DNA of 64,000 nucleotides from Alphaproteobacteria bacterium (GTDB taxonomy: Bacteria; Pseudomonadota; Alphaproteobacteria; UBA828), in the NCBI GenBank assembly GCA_963422645.2, contig CAXXVO010000013.1, forward strand, positions 64,001-128,000, written 5' to 3'. A program made the translations under genes and the position numbers. Below, piece by piece: positions 54,709 through 64,000 of this stretch (position 1 is its first letter; every line of letters starts with the position of its first letter). Below the pieces are notes generated by a model. That model was not told the DNA's origin, searched no databases, and saw only the letters and a list, made by a program, of their open reading frames with translations.

Positions 54709-55887
54709 CCAGGATCACCACGGCCCAGGGCGGCACCTTCCAAAATGCGAGCAGCACGAAGGCCCCGAGCCCGAGAGCGAGGTCGGCCGGCGTGCGCACG
54801 CCGCCGGTCCAGATCGGGTCGTAGAATGCCGCGCCGAGCAGGCCCACCACCGCCGCGTTGACGCCGAGCATGGCGCGCTCCGCCAGCGCGATGCGCCGCA
54901 GCCGCTCCCAGAAGGGGAGGGCGCCCACCACCAGGAGGAACGAGGGCAGGAAGACCGCGGCAAGGCAGAGCAGCCCGCCCAGCGCGCCGCCCGGCCCGAT
55001 GCCCGCGACGGCGCCGAGATAGGCGGCGAAGGTGAAGAGCGGCCCCGGCACCGCCTGGGCTGCGCCGTAGCCAGCGATAAAGGTCTCGTTCGCGACCCAG
55101 CCGGGCGGCACCACCTCCGCCTGCAGCAGCGGCAGCAGCACATGGCCGCCGCCGAAGACCAGCGAGGCGGAGCGGTAGAAGCCGTCCACCAATTGCAGGG
55201 TCTCCGCCGGCCAGGCGGCGGCAAGAATCGGGAGCCCGACGAGAAGCGCGAGGAAGAGGGTGAGCAGGAGGACGGCAAGTCGCCGATCCACGGCGATGCC
55301 GAGCGAGGCGCCGTGGTCGCCTTTGGCCGGGCGCAGGATCAGCAGACCGGCGAGCGCACCTGCGGCGATGATCGCGACATGCGTGACGACCGAGGGCGCC
55401 AGCACCGCCGCGATGGCGGCGAGCACCGCCACCGTGGCGCGCGGCGCGTCGGGGCAGAGGCTGCGCGCCATGCCCCAGACGGCCTGCGCCACTACCGCGG
55501 CGGCGACCACCTTCAGCCCTTGCAGGGCACCGGCGGGGATCACGTCCTCGTAGGCCGCGACGCCGTAGCCGAAGGCCACCATGAGGACCGCCGAGGGCAG
55601 CGTGAAGCCGACCCACGCCGCCGCAGCGCCGGGCAGGCCTGCCTTCGCGAGTCCGATGCCGATCCCGACCTGGCTCGAGGTCGGCCCCGGCAGCATCTGG
55701 CAGAGCGCGACGAGGTCCGCATAGGCGCGGTCTTCGATCCAGCGGCGCCGCGTGACGAAGGCCTCGCGAAAGTAGCCGATATGGGCCACCGGCCCGCCGA
55801 ACGAGGTCAGCCCCAACATGAGGAAGGCCGCGAAGACGCGCGCCCCGCGCCGCTTCCGCCGCCTGCGTCGCTCCTGCCCTCGCTCAT
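54668..55887 (-). CDS. chrA: Chromate efflux transporter (ChrA family), probable frameshift near the 5' end
   Basis: SFGGPVAH, QMLPGP, VFGGGHV, AVPGPLF. The ATG at 55887 (MSEGRSDAGGGSGAG) is out of frame with the body at the run 55843-55846; the first in-frame ATG is 55819. Confidence 0.85.
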
Positions 55888-56023
55888 GGGGACCGGGAAT
55901 ACGCCATTTCGCTGGCACTGACACGTGAAGCCGCCCTCGCGAACCGGGAGCGCCCTCAAACTTTGCCGGGCCGGGTGATACGCTCCGCGCACGGACGGCA
56001 CCGAGGCGGCGCAAGGGCAGACC

Positions 56024-56695
56024 ATGACGGACGAAGAGACTCACGCATCGCCCTTCGAAGCGGCGCACTGGGACCTCGTGCCGGGGCGGACGACGCTCGT
56101 CGTGATCGACGCGCAGAACGATTTTCTTCACGCGGACGGCTGGTACGCGGCGCAGGGCATCGACATCGGCCACATGCAACGCTGCATCGAGCCGCTGAAG
56201 GCGCTGCTCGCCGCCGCGCGCACGAAGGGCATCCCCGTCGTCTGGACCCGCCACGGCATCAGGGGCGCCGAAGACGGCGGGCCCTTCATACAGCTCCGCC
56301 CCTTCCTCAAGGACGGCGGCCTCAGACGCGAGACCTGGGGCTGGGAGATCCTGGCCGATCTGGAGCCGCAGCCGGAGGACTGGTACGTCGCCAAGACGCG
56401 GCTCAGCGCCTTCTACGGCACCGACCTGGAGGTGGTGCTGCGGGGCCTGCGCGCGGAGACGGTGCTGATGACGGGCGTGCTCACCAATCAATGCGTTGCG
56501 GCGACATCCAAGGACGCGATGTTCCGCGACTTCAAGCCCATCGTGATCGAGGAGTGCACGGGGACCACCATGCCGCACCTGCATGAGCCCGCAATCGAGA
56601 TGATGCGGGTCGGCTGGGCCGAAGTGCGCGACCTGGAGTCGGCATTGAGCGAGATCAGGCAGCTCGCGCCGGTGCACGGGGCGGGGCGCTCGTGA
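56024..56695 (+). CDS. Isochorismatase-like cysteine hydrolase
   Basis: VIDAQNDF, K.RLSAF, GVLTNQCV; Asp-Lys-Cys triad intact. Confidence 0.9.
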   Translation: MTDEETHASPFEAAHWDLVPGRTTLVVIDAQNDFLHADGWYAAQGIDIGHMQRCIEPLKALLAAARTKGIPVVWTRHGIRGAEDGGPFIQLRPFLKDGGLRRETWGWEILADLEPQPEDWYVAKTRLSAFYGTDLEVVLRGLRAETVLMTGVLTNQCVAATSKDAMFRDFKPIVIEECTGTTMPHLHEPAIEMMRVGWAEVRDLESALSEIRQLAPVHGAGRS

Positions 56696-56818
56696 TGGCT
56701 GCCGGCCTGCTGCGCCCGGACTCCGTAGTCGCGCGCCAGGCCCGGCTACTTTGTCCGCGCGTCACTGACAGGCGACACTGAGCGCGATCGAGTTTCGCAA
56801 GGCGAGGGGGAGAGAAGG

Positions 56819-58414
56819 ATGGCGTGGGATTACATCATCGTCGGCGCGGGCTCGGCCGGGTGCGTGCTGGCGCATCGGCTCTCGGCCAAGCCGGGGAACA
56901 AGGTCCTCGTGCTGGAGGGCGGCGGGCCCGACAACTCACCGATCGTCCGGATCCCTGCCGGCGAGATCAAGGCCATCCTCAATCTCCGCTTCAACTGGAT
57001 GTACATGAGCGAGCCCGACCCCTCGCTCAACGGGCGCGACGCCATGTGGCCGGGCGGCAAGGTGCTCGGCGGGTCGAGCTCGATCAACGGCATGATCTAC
57101 CTGCGCGGCCAGCACGAGGACTACGACGACTGGGCCCGCCTCGTCGGCAATACCGGCGCGTGGGGCTACCGCGACGTGCTGCCCTACTTCAAGCGCATGG
57201 AAACCAACCCGCTCGGCCCGAGCGAGTATCACGGCGACAGCGGCCCGCTCGTCGTCTCCGACGTGCCGACGCCCCATCCGCTGGTCCAGACCTTCATCGA
57301 GGGCGCGAAGGAGCTCGGCATCCCCTTCAATCCGGACGTGAACGGCGAGCGTCAGGAAGGCGCCGGCCCCAATCAGGGCTCGATTCGCTTCGGCCGCCGC
57401 AACAGCTCGGCCCGCGCCTTTCTCCGGCCGGTGATGGGCCGGCCCAATCTCAGCGTCGAGACCGAGGCGCGGGTGGACAAGGTGCTCTTCGAAGACGGCC
57501 GCGCGCGCACCGTGGTCTACAGCCGGGGCGGCGAGACGCGCGAGGCCAAGGCGGACGGCGAGATCATCCTCTCCGCCGGCGCCATCGCCTCGCCCACGAT
57601 CCTGCTGCGCTCAGGCATCGGGCCGGGGGCCGATCTATCCGCGCTCGGCATCCCCGTGGTCGCGGATTCACCGGGGGTGGGCCACAACCTGCAGGAGCAT
57701 CCGGCCGCCTGGGTCGCCGGCTACGTCGATCTCAGCACCTACAACACCGAGGTCACGCCCTCGGGCTGGGTGCGGCACGGGCTCAACTGGCTGCTGCGCG
57801 GCAAAGGGCCGGCAGCAAGCCCGATCGCCCAGGCGGTGGCCTTCGTTCGCACCCGGCCGGAGGAGGAGCAGCGGCCCGACATCCAGATCCATTTCGTGCC
57901 GACCGGCTACGACTTCGGGCCGAACGGGATCAAGCTCCTGGACCGCCCGGCCATCACCCTGCCGGTCAACGTGTGCCGGCCGAAGAGCCGCAGCAGGCTG
58001 ACGCTGCGCTCGTCCGACCCCAACGAGCCGCCGCGCATCTTCTCGAACCTCCTGGGCGACGAGGACGACGTGAGGCGCATGGTCGACGGCTGCAAGATTT
58101 CGCGCGGCATTTTCGAGAGCGCGGCCTTCAAGCCGCACTTCCAGGGTCTCTTCCTGCCCGCGCCCGAGGACCGGAGCGACGAGGCGCTGGAGGCCTACGT
58201 CAGGCAGAACACGCTGCCGGCCTACCATCCCGTCGGCACCTGCACCATGGGCATCGACAACAGGGCGGTGGTCGACCCGGAGCTCCGGGTGCGCGGCGTG
58301 CAGGGGCTCCGCGTGATCGACGCCTCGATCATGCCGATCGTGCCGAGCTCCAACACCAACGCGCCTTCCATCATGGTCGGCGAGAAGGGCTCGGACCTGG
58401 TGCTGGGGGGTTAG
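56819..58414 (+). CDS. GMC oxidoreductase (choline dehydrogenase-like)
   Basis: [40 protein letters not shown]. Confidence 0.93.
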   Translation: MAWDYIIVGAGSAGCVLAHRLSAKPGNKVLVLEGGGPDNSPIVRIPAGEIKAILNLRFNWMYMSEPDPSLNGRDAMWPGGKVLGGSSSINGMIYLRGQHEDYDDWARLVGNTGAWGYRDVLPYFKRMETNPLGPSEYHGDSGPLVVSDVPTPHPLVQTFIEGAKELGIPFNPDVNGERQEGAGPNQGSIRFGRRNSSARAFLRPVMGRPNLSVETEARVDKVLFEDGRARTVVYSRGGETREAKADGEIILSAGAIASPTILLRSGIGPGADLSALGIPVVADSPGVGHNLQEHPAAWVAGYVDLSTYNTEVTPSGWVRHGLNWLLRGKGPAASPIAQAVAFVRTRPEEEQRPDIQIHFVPTGYDFGPNGIKLLDRPAITLPVNVCRPKSRSRLTLRSSDPNEPPRIFSNLLGDEDDVRRMVDGCKISRGIFESAAFKPHFQGLFLPAPEDRSDEALEAYVRQNTLPAYHPVGTCTMGIDNRAVVDPELRVRGVQGLRVIDASIMPIVPSSNTNAPSIMVGEKGSDLVLGG

Positions 58415-58461
58415 TGCCCCCTTCGAGAAGTTTCCAACCAAATATGCAGCGCTCCCAACTC

Positions 58462-58554
58462 GTCATGGCCGGACTGGTTCCGGCCATCCACGTGTTGGCC
58501 CGGGACTCAACGGATCCGGCTGAGCGAGATGCCCGGAACGAGTCCGGGCATGAC
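58462..58554. repeat. REP-like doublet (GTCATGGCCGG...CCGGGCATGAC type)
   Basis: GTCATGGCCGGACTGGTTCCGGCCATCCAC and the inverted partner GATGCCCGGAACGAGTCCGGGCATGAC, between convergent genes. Confidence 0.8.
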
Positions 58555-58634
58555 AAGAAGATTTGCAGGGTCGGGGAGACTGCATAGCCAACCCGAAATC
58601 ATGCGAACTTCAGGAACAGGACATCAGGCCGCCA

Positions 58635-59435
58635 CTAGGCGGTCAGGTAGCCGTCGTCGCACATGATGGTGTGGCCGGTCACCAGCTCCGACGCATCGCT
58701 CGCGAGGAAGATCGCGGCCCCGATCAGCTCGCGCGGTAGGCCGAGCCGAGGCCGGATCATGCGCGCCTTGATGAAATCGGCGGTGTGCGCGGTCGTCTGG
58801 GCGACCTTGCGGGTCATCGGGGATTCCATCAGCGTCGGGCCGATCCCGTTGACGCGGACGCCCCGCTCGCGCCACTCCAGCGCCAGGACCTTGGTCACCT
58901 GGGCGACCCCGCCCTTGGACGCGATGTAGGCGCTGGACAGCGGATAGGCGATGAACGAGCCGATCGACGCCATGTTGATGATGCTGCCCTTCCCCTGCTC
59001 GAGCATGACGGTGCCGAACGCCTGACAGCAGAGATAGGTGCCCTTCAGGTTCAGCTCGATGATGTGGTCGAAGCGCTCCTCGGGGAAGGTCTCGGCCGGG
59101 CTGCGATGGGCGGCGCCTGCGCTGTTGACGAGGATGTCGATGTGCCCGTGCTCGCGCCGCACCGCGTCCGCGACCTCGACGCATTGGCTGCGCTTGGTGA
59201 CATCGAGGGGCACGGCGACGGCAGCCCCGCCCTGCGCGTCGATGGCCTCCCTGGTCTCGGCCGCGCCCTCTTCGTTGATGTCGGCGACGACGACCGTGAC
59301 ACCGCACTGCGCATAGCCGATGGCGATGGCGCGGCCGAGCCCGCTGCCGCCGCCCGTGATCACGGCCACCCGGCCGGACAGGTCGAAGATATCGCGCGCG
59401 AAGCCGAGCGGGACGCTGTCGCTATCCGAGGACAT
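58635..59435 (-). CDS. SDR-family oxidoreductase
   Basis: TGGGSGLG, NSAG, YIASK, VNGIGP; GGAGG RBS. Confidence 0.92.
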   Translation of the reverse strand: MSSDSDSVPLGFARDIFDLSGRVAVITGGGSGLGRAIAIGYAQCGVTVVVADINEEGAAETREAIDAQGGAAVAVPLDVTKRSQCVEVADAVRREHGHIDILVNSAGAAHRSPAETFPEERFDHIIELNLKGTYLCCQAFGTVMLEQGKGSIINMASIGSFIAYPLSSAYIASKGGVAQVTKVLALEWRERGVRVNGIGPTLMESPMTRKVAQTTAHTADFIKARMIRPRLGLPRELIGAAIFLASDASELVTGHTIMCDDGYLTA

Positions 59436-59479
59436 CGGCACCTCCGGACTGCGTGAAGAGCGGGGCGCTCGGACCGCGC

Positions 59480-60667
59480 CTACCCCCAGAGCCGCTCGGT
59501 GGCGAGGGCGGCGCCCTCGGCGAGCATTTGAAGCTTCGCCCAGGCCACGTCGTCGGCGACGAACTGGTAGCTCGCGAAGGTGCTGAAGCCGCAGTCGGTG
59601 CCGGCGATCACGCGGCGCGGATCGCCCATCACCTCGGCGTAGAGGCAGATGCGGTCGGCCACCACCTCGGGGTGTTCCAGATAGTTGGTGGTCACGTCGA
59701 TCACGCCCGGGATCAGGATCATGGGCGCGGGCGGCGGGTTCGCCTTGATCGCCTTCCACTCGTGCTGATGGCGCGGGTTGGAGCAGGCGATGCTGAGCGC
59801 GCCGACCCTGGCCTCGTAGAGCAGCGGCAGCAGCGGCGCGAGGTCGCAGTCGTCGATGTGGGGGCCGTCCCAGTTGCCGAAGCAGACGTGGAGCCGGACC
59901 TTCTCCGCCGGGATGTCGGCGACGGCCACGTTGAGCGCCCTGATGTGCAGCGCGACGCGCTCCAGGAACTCGTCGAGCGGGCGGTCCTGGAACATGAACT
60001 GGCGTTCCATGGCGAGATCGGGCGCGTCGATCTGCAAGAGGTGGCCCGAGCCCACGATCGCGTCGTACTCCTTCTTGAGCTCGTGGCCCAGCGCCATGAC
60101 GTAGTCCTCGTCGCGCGGATAGTCGGGATTGTCCTCCGCCCGCAGCATGGTGGTCGAGACGATGCCGGGCGAGGCGGCGGTCACGAAGGTCTCGGCGAAG
60201 CCGCCGGCCGCGCGCCCGAGCGACGCCGCGAATTGATCGAGCTCGAAGCTCACGTCGGCGAGGTCGGGCTCGTACTCCACGGCGGTCTGTGCCTGCGGCG
60301 CGTTCCAGACCTTCGGCCGCTCCTTGTCCCGGCTCCAGGTTCGCTCGGTGAACATCTGCGCGTAGCCCGGGAACTTGACCATGTCGGTGAGCATGTTGCG
60401 CTGCGATTCGCCGCCGAAGCCGGACATGCGCTGGGGCACGTAGGTCTGGAAGCCCACGCGGGATTCCTCGCCGTCGTTGCCGATATCGACGCCGCTCTCG
60501 AGCTGCTTGGCGACGACCCAGTCGATGCCCTCGGCCACCGCCTGGGCAAAGGCCGCCTGGTCGATGGCCTCCCCCCGCTCGCGCCTGATGAGCAGCGTCT
60601 CCAGGCCCGGCGGGCGGGGCAGGCTGCCTGCGTGGGTGGTGAGCATGCGGTCTTTGCTGGTCAACAT
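59480..60667 (-). CDS. Cobalamin-independent methionine synthase II-like (MetE C-terminal domain only) protein
   Basis: TTHAGSLPRP, DGE, LQIDAPD, HVCFGN, PGVID, EHPE, TDCGF. Confidence 0.88.
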   Translation of the reverse strand: MLTSKDRMLTTHAGSLPRPPGLETLLIRRERGEAIDQAAFAQAVAEGIDWVVAKQLESGVDIGNDGEESRVGFQTYVPQRMSGFGGESQRNMLTDMVKFPGYAQMFTERTWSRDKERPKVWNAPQAQTAVEYEPDLADVSFELDQFAASLGRAAGGFAETFVTAASPGIVSTTMLRAEDNPDYPRDEDYVMALGHELKKEYDAIVGSGHLLQIDAPDLAMERQFMFQDRPLDEFLERVALHIRALNVAVADIPAEKVRLHVCFGNWDGPHIDDCDLAPLLPLLYEARVGALSIACSNPRHQHEWKAIKANPPPAPMILIPGVIDVTTNYLEHPEVVADRICLYAEVMGDPRRVIAGTDCGFSTFASYQFVADDVAWAKLQMLAEGAALATERLWG

Positions 60668-60811
60668 TGGGGGCCTCTCCCCTTCGGTCGGTCAACTCGG
60701 TCGAGTGTCGCGCGGTGGCCCACGGGAGCGCAACCGGCGCACGCCGCCCTTGCGGCTACGCGCGATTTCTTTCTAATGGACCCTTCTCCGGGAGCGCGAA
60801 GGGGGACGACC

Positions 60812-62533
60812 GTGAGCAGTCCATACACGTTGGTGATCCGCGGCGGCACCGTCGTGGACGGCTCGGGCGGCGAGCCCCGGGATGCGGATGTCGGGATCGC
60901 CGACGGCCAGGTTAGGGCGGTCGGGCCCAATCTCGCCGCCGGCGACGAGGAGATCGATGCGCGCGGCATGATCGTCACGCCGGGCTTCATCGACCCCCAC
61001 ACCCACTACGACGCGCAGGCCACCTGGAGCAGCCGGATCACGCCATCCTCCTGGAACGGCGTCACCACCGCGATGATCGGCAACTGCGGTGTCGGCTTCG
61101 CACCCTGCCGGCCCGACCAGCGGGGCACGCTGGTGGAGTTCATGGAAGGCGTCGAGGACATTCCCGGCGCGGTGCTGGACGAGGGGCTGCCCTGGACCTG
61201 GCAGAGCTTCGAGCAGTTCATGGATGCGCTCGACGCGCGGCCTTACGACCTCGACATCGCGGCGCAGGTGCCGCATTCGCCGGTGCGGGTCTTCGTCATG
61301 GGCCAGCGGGGGGTCGAGCGCGAGCCCGCGACGCCCGAGGACAACGCAGCCATGGCCGCGCTCGCGGCGGCAGGCATCCGCGCCGGCGCATTGGGTTTCT
61401 CGACCTCGCGCACTCTCAATCACAAGACGCTGGACGGCCGGCCGATTCCCACGCTGACCGCAGCCGAGGACGAGCTTGCGGCCATCGCTGCCGCCATGGG
61501 GCGCGTCGGCGCCGGCTGGCTGCAGGTCATCTCCGACTTCAAGGATCTCGACGCGGAGTTCGCCATGCTGCGGCGCGTGGTCGAGCGCAGCCGGCGGCCG
61601 ATGGCGATCACCATCCTGCAGAACGACCGCGCGCCGGAGGGCTGGCGCCGCCTCCTTGCCCACATCGCCGCGGCGAACCGCGACGGTCTGCCGATGATCG
61701 GCCAGACGCTGACGCGCGCCACCGGCGTGCTGCTCGGCTTCGAGATCTCGATGAATCCCTTCTGCGGCCGGCCGAGCTGGGATGCCATCGCCCATCTGCC
61801 GCTCGCGCAGAAGCTGGAGATCCTGCGGCAGCCGGATTTTCGCGCCCGCCTCTTCACCGAGGAATGCGCGGATGCCTTCGTCGCCAAGCGGGTCTGCCGT
61901 TGGGACCGGCTCTACCCGCTCGGCACGCCGCCGAACTACGAGCCGACGGCCGAGCAGAGCGTCGCCGCCATCGCCGCCCGCCAGGGGAAGACGCCCGAGG
62001 ACGTCGCCTACGATTACCTGCTGGAGCGCGACGGCAAGGCGCTGCTCTATCGCCCGGTCAGCAACTACACCGAAGGCTCGCTCGACGCGGTGGGTGAGAT
62101 GCTGCGCCATCCCAACACGCTGGTGAGCCTCGGCGACGGCGGCGCCCACGTGGGCATGCTCTGCGATGCGAGCGCGTTCACCTACATGCTGAGCCACTGG
62201 GTCCGCGACCGGGCCAAGGGCGAGCGGATGTCGTTGCCATGGGCGGTCAAGCGCATGACCCGCGACAACGCGCTGGCCTTGGGTCTCGAAGACCGTGGGC
62301 TGCTCCAGGCCGGCTACAAGGCCGATCTCAATGTGATCGACTACGACGGGCTCACGCTGCACTGCCCGGAGCCGGTCTACGACCTGCCGGGCGGCGGGCG
62401 GCGCCTGATCCAGCGGGCCGAAGGCTACGTGGCGACCGTGCTCTCCGGCACCCCGGTCTATCGCGACGGCGAGGCGACCGGCGCGCTCACCGGCCGGCTG
62501 CTGCGGGGCCCGCAGGCCGGCCCTGCGGGCTAA
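60812..62533 (+). CDS. N-acyl-D-amino-acid deacylase family amidohydrolase
   Basis: GGTVVDGSG, PGFIDPHTHYD, GNCG, DGGAH, RGLL..G.KAD; GTG start inferred. Confidence 0.9.
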   Translation: MSSPYTLVIRGGTVVDGSGGEPRDADVGIADGQVRAVGPNLAAGDEEIDARGMIVTPGFIDPHTHYDAQATWSSRITPSSWNGVTTAMIGNCGVGFAPCRPDQRGTLVEFMEGVEDIPGAVLDEGLPWTWQSFEQFMDALDARPYDLDIAAQVPHSPVRVFVMGQRGVEREPATPEDNAAMAALAAAGIRAGALGFSTSRTLNHKTLDGRPIPTLTAAEDELAAIAAAMGRVGAGWLQVISDFKDLDAEFAMLRRVVERSRRPMAITILQNDRAPEGWRRLLAHIAAANRDGLPMIGQTLTRATGVLLGFEISMNPFCGRPSWDAIAHLPLAQKLEILRQPDFRARLFTEECADAFVAKRVCRWDRLYPLGTPPNYEPTAEQSVAAIAARQGKTPEDVAYDYLLERDGKALLYRPVSNYTEGSLDAVGEMLRHPNTLVSLGDGGAHVGMLCDASAFTYMLSHWVRDRAKGERMSLPWAVKRMTRDNALALGLEDRGLLQAGYKADLNVIDYDGLTLHCPEPVYDLPGGGRRLIQRAEGYVATVLSGTPVYRDGEATGALTGRLLRGPQAGPAG

Positions 62534-62542
62534 CCCGAAACG

Positions 62543-63844
<1,302 letters not shown>

Positions 63845-63855
63845 CTCATCCTCCT

Positions 63856-64000
63856 TCAATCGGCGTTGTTGCCGTCATGGATGGTGTTAAGAACTGCGTA
63901 AGCCGGAAGCGTCAGGAAGTCGGGGAAGCCATTGCCGGTCCCGACCTGGGTGAAGAGGGCAACGGCATCGTCGAAGTGCCCCGCCTCGTAGCGGTCCTCG
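63856..64000 (-). CDS. aceB: Malate synthase A, C-terminal end (gene runs off the window)
   Basis: Manual translation [38 protein letters not shown]...*; FLTLPAY is the typical malate synthase A C-terminus; directly upstream of aceA. Confidence 0.8.
   Translation of the reverse strand, partial: EDRYEAGHFDDAVALFTQVGTGNGFPDFLTLPAYAVLNTIHDGNNAD

Noticed and set aside
59453-62533. Apparent 1026-aa fusion protein
   Set aside because: The first ~450 codons are the antisense of the MetE-like gene; the real amidohydrolase starts near 60812.

Overview
High-GC alphaproteobacterial chromosome segment; the taxon is inferred from the recA-alaS pair with an alpha-type SOS box, purC-purS-purQ-purL-bolA-grxD, a DUF1476/zeta subunit and a stand-alone rpsD. 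Housekeeping genes include guaB, alaS, recA, tRNA(CAT), gor, class II DAHP synthase, pncB-nadE-cysS, parE and aceB-aceA. They alternate with catabolic and transport modules: a LIV-type ABC transporter with kynureninase, a CUT1 ABC transporter, a GMC oxidoreductase, a MetE-like enzyme and a D-aminoacylase. The most unusual region is a mobile-element cluster at about 35.95-41.2 kb. It contains a complete IS66-family element (35954-38461; 19-bp IRs, 8-bp CTCTCTCT target duplication) that lacks tnpA/tnpB. Instead it carries a compact Dam/D12-like N6-adenine methyltransferase as its first gene, overlapping the transposase start (GTGA), with its ribosome-binding site and ATG folded into a hairpin. 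A complete IS21-family element sits 11 bp further on, followed by a truncated PLP-dependent dehydratase. The window also has three homopolymer-associated frameshifts (possibly assembly errors), a decayed pyrimidine-dimer glycosylase and two REP-like palindromic elements. No CRISPR array or rRNA was seen. All product calls come from motif recognition; no database search was run.
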